Position numbers and translations under genes: made by a program | In this document: piece after piece, positions 50,191-64,000 of the stretch | How positions within the stretch are numbered: position 1 is the stretch's first letter | How the letters are laid out: each line of letters opens with the position of its first letter | The notes under the pieces: model-generated | What the model was told of the DNA's origin: nothing | The model's database searches: none | The model's input: the letters and a program-made list of their open reading frames with translations, nothing else | DNA from: Lama guanicoe | Taxonomy: Eukaryota | Direction: 5' to 3' | Assembly: GCA_013239625.1 (NCBI GenBank) | Contig: MU053594.1 | Coordinates: forward strand, 2,050,127 to 2,114,126 | DNA: 64,000 bases

Positions 50191-50577
50191 TGTTATGGAC
50201 AAAATTTGGCCCCTGCCCCCACTCCCATCCACGTTGAAGCCTTCATACCTGGAGTGACTGTATCTGGAGATAGGGCCTTAAAGGAGGTAATTAAGGTTAT
50301 ATGAGGTCATAAGGGTGGGGCCCTAATCCAGTAGGACTGGTGTCCCTCGACGAAGAGGCTGACACCCCAAAGATCTCTCTCCCTGCGTGTGCAGAGGAAA
50401 GGCAGTGCGAGGACACAGGAAGAAGGTGGCCACCTACAAGCCAGGAGCAGAGTCCTCTCACCCTGACGGCAGCTGGATCCTGGCCTTCCAGCCTCCAGAA
50501 CTGTGAGAAAGCAGACTTCACTGTTGAAGCCGCCCGTCTTTGGCGCTCCGTCACAGCGGCCCTAGTCGACTAACGCA
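50191..50577 (+). mobile_element. MaLR solo LTR (MLT1A-like)
   Basis: tgttatggac.., gtgactgtatctggagatagggcc, gaggtcataagggtggggccctaatcca, ttccagcctccagaactgtgagaaa. Confidence 0.82.
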
Positions 50578-50711
50578 AGGCTCTTCCTTACAGATGCGGA
50601 AGGCAACCTCTAACCAGCCCTTAAGGAAGAACTGGGATGAGTGTTTCACTCTTGTCTGCTTACAGCAGATGGACACCTGGAGTGGAAGGACTGTTAAAAA
50701 CTAGTAGCTGG

Positions 50712-50905
50712 ACTGTGTATAAAATAGATAAACAACAAGTTTATACTGTGTAGCCCAGGAAACTATATTCAATATCTTGTAGTAACCTATAATGAAAAGA
50801 ATATGAAAACGAATACATGTATGTATATGTATTGCTGAAACATTACGCTGTACCCTGGAAATTGATACAACATTGTAAACTGACTATAGTTCAATTAAAA
50901 AAAAA
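50712..50905 (+). mobile_element. LINE-1 3' UTR fragment with polyA (laurasiatherian type)
   Basis: aaaatagataaacaacaag..tactgtgtagcccaggaaactatattcaatatcttgtagtaacctataatg..ttgtaaactgactat..aattaaaaaaaa. Confidence 0.8.
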
Positions 50906-52489
50906 TCCACATGCACAAAGCAAAACAAACAAACAAAAAACCAACAACAAAAAAACCTTGCAGTTCATATTCACAAGAAAAAGGTGTGACATATTTTCTC
51001 TAAATAGTCACCTGCAGTCAATTTGATGTAACATTTCCCACTTGTTATAAGGCAAATATAAGTACTCTGCTAAGATGGACATCTCACGGCTTTCTAAGTG
51101 GTGGTAAAGGGTTGTTTATCACTATACCACAAACTCCTAAGGGCAGGGACTGTTCCCTGGTACCTATGAAACTCTGATGGCTGGGGCTGTGCCTGGCACA
51201 TAAGTGAACCAAATGGCTGCTATAAATTAACCGATTTGATCTTTGTAGCCAACTTATGAAGGAGGCACTGCTATTTCCATTTTGTATTGAAGGTCACTGG
51301 AGCTTGGAGACGCTGACTTGCCGAGGTCGCTCAGCTCGGTGTGGAACCCAAGGTCTGCCTGATTCCACAGCTCCGGGGATCTCTGTGTGGGATTCTGTCA
51401 ATTCCTTATTCCCATGTCAAGTAACAAGCAGTTTGCCACTTCTTTCAAAAGATAGTATACCATCAAAGAATTCAAGGGAGAAGGCTCTACTAAAACTTGA
51501 AGCATATTACATTCCTAAAACAGAGAAATCTATTTTTTTTTAAACAAGTTCAGCACTAAACACTAGAACGTGAATGTTCTTGCAGGGAGGGGCGATCTTG
51601 TTTAAACCCAGGGCCCACTGCTTAGAATTCAGATGGCCCTCGAGGCAAGTCTATGAATGAGCACTGAAGATCTCTCCTTGAATTAGACACATCTGAAGTC
51701 ACACTAGGTAGCTTTCTACGACAACTTGGGTCAAGGCGTAAAATGAAAAGAACTCATGGGGTGCTTGGTCATTAAAACAAAAAGTTACCAAACATAAGAA
51801 GCTATGCATACATCGGAACCCCCAAGCCAAATCACATGTAAATTACATGTAACCTGAGATCCCCTAGGGAGTTTGCTTCAAGCTCAGACAGGACAGGCGA
51901 TCATGTACAATAACCACACTGTATGTGTGCTCAGGAGCAGTCATCACGTAGCCCTCTTCCCTCACGTGTGCCACGTGTGTCTCAGAAGAACAGAGACTTG
52001 GGGGGGACAGCAGTGCAGCCGGGGGCTTCCCTGCTCCCTGTCCTTCTGTCTGGCCATGTTTTCTAGAGGGAAGGGGCACTCCACCTCTCCCTGTTACTCC
52101 CTCAGCTCAGAAATTCTCATTTTATCCCCCTCCTCTCCATCTTGAAGGGCATACTATTCTACTTAAAAAAATTCCAGGGGCTCAGAGATACTTCAACCCA
52201 AATATCTGACTTGACTGATATATTAGTGTCAATATTCACATTATTTTAGATACCAAAGTATGTATAACAAAGTATACCATTTGCCTATTAAAATCAAGAA
52301 GATTTTCATTTCATTGGGGTTTTTTTCAAATGTTCTGTACAAGCCAATGCAAAATTCTATTATAATCCTATACATTCTGTAAAACTGCCAGAGAAGAAAC
52401 ACAAAGTCAAAACTTTTCTGCTCTCACTTGCACTTTAAATAAAGTCAGTAGTCACAGAAATAGATGGAAGTCCTAAGAGATCACAGGAA

Positions 52490-53310
52490 CGAACCGTTTC
52501 TCTTTTCAACCTCTATGTAGATGATTTCCTGACCCCCTTCAGCCCCAGCTTCTCCAGGGGATCCAGATCCATCCTTCCTCATAAGCAGCTGAGTCAGTGC
52601 CACCCCAGTTCCCTCAGCCTCGGGCTCAACAGTGGAGTCATGTAACCAGCAGTCCCTTCCTCCAGAGTCTGCCTCCGAAGGGGTCCTGGCACTCGCCCCT
52701 TCCTGCCTACCTCCACCTGCACCATCTTAGTTCAAGTTTCAGTATTTCTCATCTCGGCTACTATACTGGTTCCCTAACTGCTCTCTCCAAATTTCTTCTC
52801 TCCCCTAACCAATCTAACCTTCCCCACGTTACCAGACTGTTTAGCTGAAAGTGTGGATATAATTTATCACTTCTTTTTGCTTAACAGTCTTCAGTAGTTC
52901 CTCATTTCTTCCTGAATTGTAAGTAAACTCTTTTACCTTGGCATTCAAAGCCCCTCACAACACGGCTTCAACCTCCACTCCAACTCTTCCATTTCCCTGG
53001 GCTTCAATTCAAGTGGATTGATTTGAAGAAGCCCTACACTTGCCCACTTGAGGACTTCTGTCCCCACTGCTTCCTCTGCCTCTAACTCCCGCCTCTCCCT
53101 AACGAAGTCCTACACGTCTGTAGAGCTGTCGTAAACGCCCCCTCTCCCACACAGCATCTCCCATTCAGATGTCTCTCTCGCTCCCCTTTGCTTCTGTAGC
53201 ACTCACCTTCCTCTAATTTGAATGATGGCTATTTATGTATCGTTTTCCACACCCTCTCCTCTACAGTGCCTACACCTAGTACATCTGCGATAAAAATTTA
53301 TTACATGAAA
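52490..53310 (+). mobile_element. LINE-2 relic
   Basis: tatgtagatgat.., ttggcattcaaagcccctcacaa.., pyrimidine-rich body; approximate limits. Confidence 0.5.
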
Positions 53311-53581
53311 CTGAACATACAGGCTAGTGACATTAATTCTCAACATAAGTGAATGATGTGAAATAAGTGAAAAATATTGAGAAATCTCTTAAAGAAAAAA
53401 ATCCTTAAAAGGAGGAAGATGATCAAACATTCGATAATCTATTGAATGATGGAGAGAAACTTTACAGAAGAATGGGGTGTAGGGGATGAAATCCTAACGC
53501 TTTATACTACACGATGAAAAATGTGTCCAACATGTGAACAGACACACGCACGGATAAGACTACTGGCTGTTGGGGTGTTAC

Positions 53582-53734
53582 CTTGGCAACTGTCTGTTCT
53601 GCGATGGTGCTGGGCCGACGCTGGCGGGCGTCGAGTCTCTGCTCCACCGGGAAGCTGCTCCTGTGTGATTTCAGGCGCTCCACCAACAAGTAATAAATGG
53701 CAGCAAAGTGGTTATAGCTCTTGTTCTGCAGAGA
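53582..53734 (-). CDS. SIK2: SIK2 exon 8 ([29 protein letters not shown]...[13 protein letters not shown])
   Basis: tccag|TCTCTG ... AAG|gtaac; 153 nt. Confidence 0.96.
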
Positions 53735-53946
53735 CTGGACAAGAAAACAAGTGCTGAAGGCAGAGGACCACAAAAAAACCAGTCCAGGGATTTACATCTT
53801 TCTAAACAAGGAGGCAAGATATCATGTATTCTTAAAAACAGAGTATGCGTCAAAAGGAAAGCTATCCCAGAATTGAGAATGGAATACAGATAACCTCATT
53901 AATTACACAAAGGGCGATACCTCTGAATGACCTGACTGGCTCTTTT

Positions 53947-54100
53947 TTTTTTATTTTTTTATTTTTTCAGTGGGGGAGAGGGGGAGGGAGGTAATTAGGA
54001 TTATTTATTTCTTTACTTTTTAAAGAGGCGACACTGGGGATTGAACCCAGGACCTCGTGCATGCCAAGCATGCGCTCTACCACTTTGAGCTATAGCCTCC
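53947..54100 (-). mobile_element. tRNA-derived SINE, vic-1-like, in SIK2 intron 7
   Basis: Same consensus; TSD-like tggctctttt at 53937 and 54107. Confidence 0.85.
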
Positions 54101-55423
54101 TGCAATTGGCTCTTTTACCTTAACAGGATCCACTTGTGTGTCTGCATTCAGAGAAAATGCCCCAGTGCTGTCACGGGGTCCCATCTCATTGTCGCAACTA
54201 TGCTGTAGGGTCAGGTAGCAACCTGAGCCCTGAGGCTCTAATTCCATTGCCTCAACACAAGTCCAACCCATTGCAAACTCTGAAGTGAATGATTAAAGTC
54301 TTTGGGGAAATTTCTGGTGATGACTTTGGGCTGGAGAATGACATTTGGACGCTAGGTTGAGAGACACTGTGTCTCCGTTCTTAGGTAATTTTTTCCTCTT
54401 GTTTTTGCAGTCCCACCCTTTTGAAACCTTGAAAATAAAGTTGCTTCCCAATTTCTCCCATCCCGGGCTGGCGAGCTCTCCCAGGATACTAACGGAGCAG
54501 AGCAACCACGGCTCCTCTGGTTCTAACTCCACGTGACAGGCTGCCTGGGTGCCGGGCAGCACAGCCGGATGCAAAGCTCTCACGGCAAACACTAGCGGAA
54601 CTACCCCCAACCCCCCAGCTGCTGTTCGAGATCTCCTTCACCGGCAAGTACAAAAAAAAACCTCACTGAGCACATGATGAGCAAAGCAGGAGAGCAGTCT
54701 GGTTTCACTTACGGCTCCCACGAGGGAAAAGCCAGCACAGTTTGGGGCACTTTATATTCGCTGGGGGGCATTTTGCATTCTTTCTTGTTATGCTTCATCC
54801 TTAAAGACACTGGGGTTTTTTGTTTTTTTAATTGCTGTGGAGTTATTAAAAATATGTATATGCTGACTATTAAAGGACAGAAATAAAGCTGACAAGGAAT
54901 TTCCCTGGTTCATGACCTTCTCAGCTCTATGACCCATAACACTTCCAAATCAGGAATCCACCTGGTTTTGCCTTCTCAGTTTCTTCAGTTCACAATCTAA
55001 ATCCCAGTGTTTTTCCTCAATCTGATGCCCACCCTTGTTCCCTGCTCAGTCCTCAGCCTTGTTCTGGATCTGCAAATTTATGTTCCATATAAGCTAGTTC
55101 ATTACCTGTAAAAAACCCTTATTCTTCATCTTAGCAGAAACCTTCTACTCTGTGTTTGTGAAGATTCTACCTTTGTCTTTTCTCAGTCCTACATAAACCC
55201 TTCCTTTTGAATTTTCTGGCAGATGAGGAAAAGGGAGGAATTCACACATTGAATAGAAACAAACATAGAGTGTGATGTGCTTTTCAGAGAACACTGAACA
55301 GTCACCTAGGTGCTGGGGATGGCCATGCCAAAGGACCAGATGACAGGAGCGAGCGTGAAATTTCGAGTTACCAAGTACAGCAGAGTTCTAAAAAATCTTC
55401 AGTTGAACCTCTACCCACTTTAC

Positions 55424-55644
55424 CTCAATGGTTTTCTGTTGATCTATCCCAAGGCTGTGCATGAGTCGCAGGACCTGCTCATTAAATTCCCCAATGGATG
55501 GCTCGTTTTCTTGCCCTTGTGGATAGAGAACAGGCCTCTGCACAGGAACTTCTACGAGCATCCACTTATGCTCCTTGATCTGGGCTATGGTTAGCCGTTT
55601 GGATGGATCAAGGACCAGCATCCTTCGAATAAGGTGCTCACAAT
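55424..55644 (-). CDS. SIK2: SIK2 exon 7 ([29 protein letters not shown]...GIDQQKTIE)
   Basis: cgtag|ATTGT ... GAG|gtaaag; 221 nt. Confidence 0.96.
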
Positions 55645-56854
55645 CTACGGAAAACACAATGTTACAAAAGTCGCGTAAGTCACCTTGCACCTCGGGGTAA
55701 ATGCCTGACTCAGGTGGCTTGGCACAGTGGTCGGAATCTCTGCATCTGCACAGCACCCACTGGAAAGCAGACACTCAAATGAAGAAATGACTACCTGAAG
55801 GCCACTGGTAACTGTCAGGTTCACATGGTGAAGGCAGACACTACAACCAACATCACCGCGAGTGAACACTTAAGAAAAAGACGAGGACGCAGTTCTGGCC
55901 TGTTTTATACTAAATGAACCCAGAAGCTGAATTTCTCAACTGAAAATATCTAGACAGACTCAGGCTTCCTCCAAGAGAAGAACAAGCCTTCTTCTTTGAA
56001 CGAGCAAATAATAAACGGATCGTCAGTCACTTCTGAGGCAAGAGCTCTTGCATGGACTGTCGCTTTTCTCCAAGTCAGTTCAGCTGAGAAAAATGTACGT
56101 GGAGCAGGAGCTACTTCTGATGCCACTAAGTGACCCGCACGGTGCAGCTCGGCACGGGCGCCCTCCCCGAGCTGACTGTGCTGTTCGCCCCTCCACGTAA
56201 GCTAACCCTGTATCACCTGCTTTGTGCCAGGCAACAGGCTGAGTGCTGTAAGATTAGTTTAATTAATCCCACAACACCTCCATTAGCAACTGCTGTTATC
56301 ACCATTTTACAGACTGAAGAAACTGAAGCACAGAGGGGGGCTACAACCTGCCAAGGCCAGACCGCCAGTAAGTGGGGGACCCAGGATTAAAACCAGGCGG
56401 TCTGGCTTCACAGTCTATCCCTTAACTACTAGATCATTACTTCCGTTACGAGGAAGAAATAAGTTAAGGATGATAACCAAAACCTAAACTAATGAGTAAA
56501 CTGCTGCCCACGTAACAACTCAATGCAAGACTGGCAGGGACTACGGGATTTGATCTCAATTACAGATTTGCTAGTTGGTGTTAAATTTAATTAAAAACTT
56601 AATTTTGAAAAAAAACCCCTTAATTTTGCCACTTCCCACCAAAGACAGGGGAAAATCCATCACATATTGTGAAATGGTTGTGGGTCTGTATCGACAAAGT
56701 GCTTCTCTAAGGCTGAAACAAACCTGGGACATTTGCAGATTGACAGTAAAAGGAAAGACTTGCTTAACCCGGGAAACTCTGTTTTCAGTTACAAGCAGGA
56801 AGGCTGGAACTCCTCTCACCTACACGGAGGGGCGGCTTATGTCTATGGCTTTTA

Positions 56855-57097
<243 letters not shown>

Positions 57098-57418
57098 CTA
57101 GGGAGGAACACAACACAGTCACTTTTCCACTGACAACGTCAAACACTCCTCCTGTTCCTACATAACCCGGGGGCCCTTAAAAACACATGGACTGAAAAAT
57201 TCCTGTATGAATTTACTACTTTCTCAGAATTAAAAACAACAACAAAAACCCCAAAACACTGACTGCTGCAGTAAAGTATCCTATAACAAAAAACAGAGGG
57301 CCTAAATTTAATCATTTTGATTGCTACTTGACTTTGAATTATTGCTGATATTAGGATGGTAACATCTGTCCCTAGAAATTCTTCCCGAGAATCGAATTCA
57401 AGATGCTCTGACTAGTTA

Positions 57419-57727
<309 letters not shown>

Positions 57728-60700
57728 TCATAACAAACTTTATAATATGCTACATGGACAATGTCACTACTCATGACTGTGAGAATGGGTTGACATGTAT
57801 CTCGTGATGTTTCCTTAGCACTTAGCATAATGAATAGCAAACATCAGGTGTGCGGTAAACACGTATTGAATGAATGCGTAAATGAATCAAGTTTTCTTCT
57901 CAAAGAGAATGAGTGAGAGATTGGAGAAAGACTTTAAATCATGTATTTTTAAGGCTGAGAGAAAATCCATTGGTGTAGACAACCAACTTGAATTTGATAA
58001 TCTTAGACTTTCCATTCTTCCATGATTAAGAGCTCTTTAGCCTACATGATCTATAAAGAAAAAAGTCAAATGAGTCGAAGTCCAAGATACTCACCTAAAC
58101 ACAATCAAAGGGCCGGCTGCTCTTACAGCCCTTACCCCGGAGCAGCAAGGTAAATACCCTTTTAAGGCAACTGAGCACAGTGGTTCCTAAGTAACAGCTC
58201 TTCTAAGCGTTGCCTGCACATCCTGAATTAGACAGATACTCATCTGAGCAGCTCATTAACATGCGACGGCTTTGTGGGCCAGCCGCAGGCCACCCAGCAC
58301 CAGCTATCACTTATTTACTCATTTATGGAATGCGGTGGCGTGACACTTCAAAAGAGCTAATGGCCTTCCCCTCACGACATTAGTCATACTGCGTCTACAG
58401 CTCTGGTAAACTGCACGCACCCCGGACACACTGCACCCAGATGCCTGCAGGACACGGGAACGTTGCGGCAGAAGACAAACGTGGTGAGCTCTGGGGTAAA
58501 CGCAAGCTTGTGCCCTTTCGCTAAGCCATCACACGGTCTCATGTTCTTAGTGAAGGAACAAAACTCCTGCTATTTTGTTAAGTTAGAGCCATACTGTCTC
58601 AGGTTGGAACAGACTCCTGACTGAAGGACACACCTTGGTGACAGGAACTGGCTCCGCTCCCGGCCAGTGTATGCGCTGCAGGCAGAGCGAGGGGCCCCAG
58701 GGGACGGGAGCAAGTCCCCAGTGCCAGACTGACTGGCCGTGTGACTTGGGTTCAGTTTTTGTGAGCCTTGGTCACCTGTAACCCTGGAATAGCCGTAGTC
58801 AGCAGGTTCCTGCGGGGATCCCACGAGTTCACATAAACTCACATTCTTTGCACACCTTGAGATGATGGCGCACTTCTGCACCTTAGAAGAGGCATTCTCT
58901 GAGCTGCCGGTGTAAAAAGTGGTGGCCAGTAGTAGTGACAGCGACAACTTCTGTGATCCCAATACCGCAGCCTCACGGCGGAGGATGACCTAGGAAGCTG
59001 GGGGTACCTACACCTGATTTCCAGTTTTGCTGCTTTCTAGCCTCAAGTCCTCTGTGTAATCTAAATTATTTCACCTCCCTGAACCTTACTTTCCTTATCT
59101 GTCAGTGTGGGGATAATACACCTACCCAGATAAGATATTGTGAAGATTAAATGAGGTTAGGAATGTAAAGTGCCTGGAGCACAGGAGATAATGCAATGTC
59201 AGCTTCCTTCTGCTGTGAAGCCATCACTACCAGTTACTGCCTTACAGAGAAAAAGGTCCTGAGGAAATACACAGGAAGGGTAGACAAAATGTGGAGAAGC
59301 TTAAGGGTTCAGAAGAGAAAGCATGCACAGGGGGGAAGGGGTGGGGCATCTACACCTGGCGGAACAACACTGGTCTGTCCTTGGCATCCAGGACAATGAG
59401 AACGCCTCCCTCCACCACGTGACTGTAGTTCAGTCCCGTAATCCACTTTCCAAAATGCCTGTCAGAGAGGTCTTCACTTCTCAAGTCCATCTCTGTGACT
59501 AAACACTCACGCCACAACCCATGTGTCCATATTGACAGGTGTTTCTAATTTCCTAGAAAAATTATACTCTTAAAGGAGCCAAGGGCTAGATGTCCGAATA
59601 ACCTTTCAAGAGGAAAACATTAATTTCACTCACGCGAAAAGCACAAGATCTTGAAATAGGTCCAATAATTGCTGTACTTTGAACGGCAATCACAGGATGA
59701 GTTTTAGCCCATGCAAGTTGAGGACGCTCTCCAAACAGCATTGTAATGTTTTAACGTCTCCAAGAGCCATGACAGGGCTCCTTCGTTCTGAACCTTCCCC
59801 GACTCTGGCAGAATGAATGCGAAGGAGTGACCGGGACAGAGGACTGTCAGGAAGGCAGTCTGGACTCTTTGCTTCCCTGGGCTCTCTCACTGGTCCCTTC
59901 ACACGGAGGAGAGCAAAAGCGAGGGAAGCGCCATGGTGCCTGTGCCAGCCCAGCCTCAACCTTGGCTGTGCACATCTGCTAACTCACAAGAAGGGGGTGC
60001 TAGACAGAAGTTACTTCTATTTCCTGTAAGGAACTGAAGAAAACAGGAACTTGAGTCTGTAGGACCATTAAGAGAAGCACTGAAAGACAAATAGGTTCCT
60101 AAAACTATGATAACAGCACGTATGCAGCCGTCTTCCATAACCCTGTCAAAGCACTTACACGCTGTACTTGTCATCAGCTGATGTCTGGGTGAAGGAAGGC
60201 TTTGGAGTCAGGCAGATCCTGGGTTTTCCACTTGGACAAAGTGTGGAGAAGCTTAAGGGTTCAGAAGAGAAGGGATGATGCACCGAGGTGGGGGGAGGGG
60301 CGTGGGCAAATGACTTAATTTCTCAGAGCCTTGGTAGCATTTGCAAAGTGGGGACAATGTCCACACTTCATAACAAGGAGTACCTTATACTCACCACAAG
60401 TGAGTCTATGTAGGTACATACATTTATAAGTAGACAGTACATCATGCTCTAGGCATGCTACCGAGACACGGCAGGTGCTCACTAAACAGCAGTGACCGAG
60501 GAAGATGCTCAACAGAAGCACAGCAATTCTCCGTCTCGTTTTGTCTTTCCCGTCACATGAACTCCTGGAGAGCAGAGAAGTGGGAAATGATACGTGTCTG
60601 TACTCCTAGCACTGAGCACACTGTCGGCAGACAGCAGCTGTTCAGCACAGGTTTGCTGAGTGAATATGTTGTCATCGTCTTTTTGAAAAATGCCAGAAGC

Positions 60701-61464
60701 TGACCCGAGCTCTCCATAGATGATTTCCTCTTCATAATCCCATGAGGTATCCTTATTTTAGGAGAGTGAGAGTAGAGAGTTAAGTACCTTTGCTAGAGGT
60801 TATACTAAGTCGTGGACGTGGAAGAGAAACCAAGTCTGAATACAGAGCCCTCCCTGTTACCCACCACCGTCATGTCCTTCTCCGGCACAGCGATGGCCAC
60901 TATTTTTGAGCAAGTTAATAATTGTCAGGTTTAAGAAGTAGCAATGGTAAGGCCCTTAAAAATAAAAGCCCTTTTTATTTCTTCACTGGAACCTGGACAA
61001 TTTGCTTCATTCACAGCCTGCAGCTTTCTGCCTAAAAGCATATAGTGAGATGAGGGAAGAGCAAGAGGGATGAAATGCACTAATGGCAGAGCTACGCAGG
61101 ATTTCTCTCTCATCACTATTCAAATGCAATGGATTAACGTTTCATCATCCCAACCAAGTTCTTTCCTTCCTTCATTAAACATGTGAGTGCGGACAGGTGT
61201 CAATCACTATGCAAACATGAAGGCAGTCTCACAACAACAGAGAATCATCAAGGACCCCTGATTTTTGGAAAGCATCCTTTCTTTATGCTTGACCCAGACC
61301 CAGGCTATGCTGGCCTTGCTGGAAAGGACCAATCCTTCTAGTTTAATGGCTTCTCTGAGCTCTGAGCTGCCAGTTAATACCTCAAATGCCCCTCAGGCAC
61401 TTTGCTTCCTGTTTCTCTGTCATGGAACTTGACGCCATGCTATGCCGGATTGACTTTGATATTA

Positions 61465-62760
61465 TTTAACTTTTAATTTTGAATTTATAGAAGAGTTGCA
61501 GCAATCAAGTAAGGAGAATTCCCTATGCCCTTCATACAACTTTTCCCCCTAATGTTAACATTTTCCATAACTATTAGCAAAACTATCAAAAACTAAGAAA
61601 TAACATGGATTCAATACTTTAAACCACACACTTCAGTAAGATTTCACCAGTTTATTTCACTAACGTTCCCCTTCATCAGTGCTGGATTCCATGATGCACT
61701 TGGTCATCATGACTCCTAAGTCTTCACTAAGTTGTAAGACAGTTCCTTGGTCTTCCCTTGTCTTTCTTGACCATGGACAGTGCATTTGCAGACTGTGTCT
61801 CAGTCCGGGTTTGCCTGCTGATTTTTCACGAGTAGATTAAGATGATGACTTTAGGGCAAGAACATCACAGAGGTGAAGCGCTCTTCTGAGTGGACCAGGT
61901 CAGGGGTGCACATAATTAGGTCTAACTACTGGGGTGGGGGGGTGTTAACCTTGATCTCTTGATTAAGGTAATCTCTGCTGGGTTACCCCACTGTAAAGGT
62001 ATTATTTCTCCCTTTGTAATTAATAAATATTATGGAGAAGATATACTGAGACTATACCTACCATTTCTCCTTAAACTTTCACCCACTAATTTGGCATTCA
62101 CTGGTAGGTCTTGACTGCAACAATAATTACTGTGGTGTTCTAAAGGTGAATTTTCACTTCCCTCATTCCTTCTACAGTTATTAATGACAATTCTTCTTTA
62201 AGGAAGAGTCGTCCCTTCTTCCCCTCTTATTTATTTATCATTAAATCATTTGTTTATTATTTATAATATTGTCATATTATAGTCATCATAAGTATTTATT
62301 TTATTCTTTGGGTTGTAAGTCAATATTATGGTTATTTATTTTGATGCTCAAATAGTTCCAGCTTTGGCCACTAGGAGCTAACTCAGGTTGGCTCCTGTAC
62401 CCTTTCAACATGGCCCTCTCTTTTTAAAATTTCATTTAACTTTAGCTATTTCCTTATCGTCTGGCAGAACAGAAGATGTTCTAAGTCTCATCTTATATTT
62501 TCCTGCCCTAGCCCTGGAATGAACCACTTTTCCAAGGAGCTCTGATTCCTTTTACAGAGGAATGGTACTTAGAAACCAAGGCTAAGACCTAAATGTGCTC
62601 ACTGCCAGTGGGATGTCATTGCATCTAGGCTCTGTCAGCATAGTTAGGAAATATATGTATGAATGCTAATCCATGTTTACACACACATGCATACACACAC
62701 ACATTTATTTTTGTACTCAACTATATGTACATGTATTAAGAAAAAACATCAACCCATGGC
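61465..62760 (-). mobile_element. Old LINE-1 (L1MC/L1MD-type) 3' region
   Basis: Recalled L1M motifs atttatagaagagttgca, gttaaccttgatc..ttgattaagg, ccctggaatgaaccacttttccaaggagc, tagaaaccaag; approximate limits. Confidence 0.7.
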
Positions 62761-64000
62761 TTCACAGTGATAACGTCTAACTCAGGGCTCATTCTAGCAT
62801 TATTTTGATACTATTTTTATTCGCGTATGATTGACTGAACAACTCCTGACAAACTTTTGAAGGTATAAGGGAGCTTTCTTCCTCTGCTGTAATTTGTCAT
62901 TTGTCATTTGTGTGGGAGTAACTATTTTGAACTTTCACTCATAACATACCTTGAATTTGTCAGATCAATCAAGATTGTCAACCTTTCTTGAACATAGGAG
63001 GAGAAAGACAAATCTTTCTCAAAGAATCTCTTAGCTTCACAATTTTAGGGATGCTCAATATGAAATCATAAGAATTTTTTGAAACAAAATGAGCAGTCCT
63101 TCAACATGGTGTATAAGTTATAATCAAATCCAAAAACCCTTTATGTCTTGCTTACTTTGGACTAGGCATCACACACTAGGTACTTTTGTATAAATTATCT
63201 CATTTAATTGTGATGGTGGCCCTGTGAGGCATGACTGTCCTTACCTTATAAAGGGGGAAATAAAAGCTCCAAGTGGTTAACTGACTTACCGAAATATCTA
63301 CAGCTGCAAGTGGCTTAGCCAGTATTCAAATCCAGGTCCTTTGAACTCCAAGCCAGGAGTCCTTTTTTTTTTTTATTATATCACAGATGTTCTAAGAACA
63401 TCATTAAGTAGGAGAAGTTTAATCCAACTTAAAACTGGAGGTAAGGCTGTTTAAACCCCAGGAAAAATCCTTTATATTAAATAGAGATGAGAGGTTTTCT
63501 AACTTATTGCTCTGCTAGCAGAACCTGATGAGTGAGGGTTTTCTTGTCTCTACAACACTGGATGCTATGTTGAAATCATCCTTAATAAGTGAATAGGAAT
63601 GATTAAGATATTTGCAGAGTAAATGTCAGAAACACATTCCTACATTCATTTTAGAAATCTATATTCATTTCAAGCATGTGGGATGTGCTAAAATAGACAC
63701 ACCTTGTCCTTTTCACATGAAGATACATGCTCCCATCCTTGCAACGCTAAGACATATAGTCTGAGGTTTTACACGAACATTCGTTTTGAGATTTCCTGAT
63801 ACATCTGTGTTCTCTCACTTGGTTTCTGTGTGGCCTAAAATGTCAGTAGAAGAGAGGGGCTTGGAGTGGACTCTTTTACCACAGAACAGATCAGTCACTG
63901 CTGACTGACTCATGGAAACCAACCTGGCCTCAAAAGCCAAGCCCTCCAATTGCCTCTTATCTAACTACCCAGTAACAGACCATGGATCTCTTTGAAAACA

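Overview
Mammalian genomic DNA, most likely camelid (alpaca/llama/camel), judged from five tRNA-derived SINE copies resembling the Tylopoda vic-1 family. The window holds two convergent protein-coding genes. PPP2R1B (PP2A scaffold subunit A-beta, + strand) is present from exon 2 to exon 15, plus two further downstream exons that encode the long alternative C-terminus. SIK2 (salt-inducible kinase 2, - strand) is present from kinase-domain exon 5 to the last exon, with a putative ~5.9 kb 3' UTR. All exons were placed by GT/AG boundaries with consistent reading phase; exon numbers follow the human genes as I recall them. The main feature of interest is that the last coding exon of the long PPP2R1B isoform lies antisense inside the SIK2 3' UTR, and alternative poly(A) signals could switch this overlap on or off. 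Other points are an inverted SINE cluster creating a cryptic stop-containing acceptor before PPP2R1B exon 13, a remodelled GC-rich SIK2 C-terminal exon with a pure (CCG)9 tract, a stacked miRNA seed site, a perfect CRE just beyond the SIK2 3' end, and a short local templated duplication. The rest is ordinary intron with L1, L2, MIR, MaLR and DNA-transposon relics. I see no evidence of a wholly new gene or system; most short ORFs in the track are noise.
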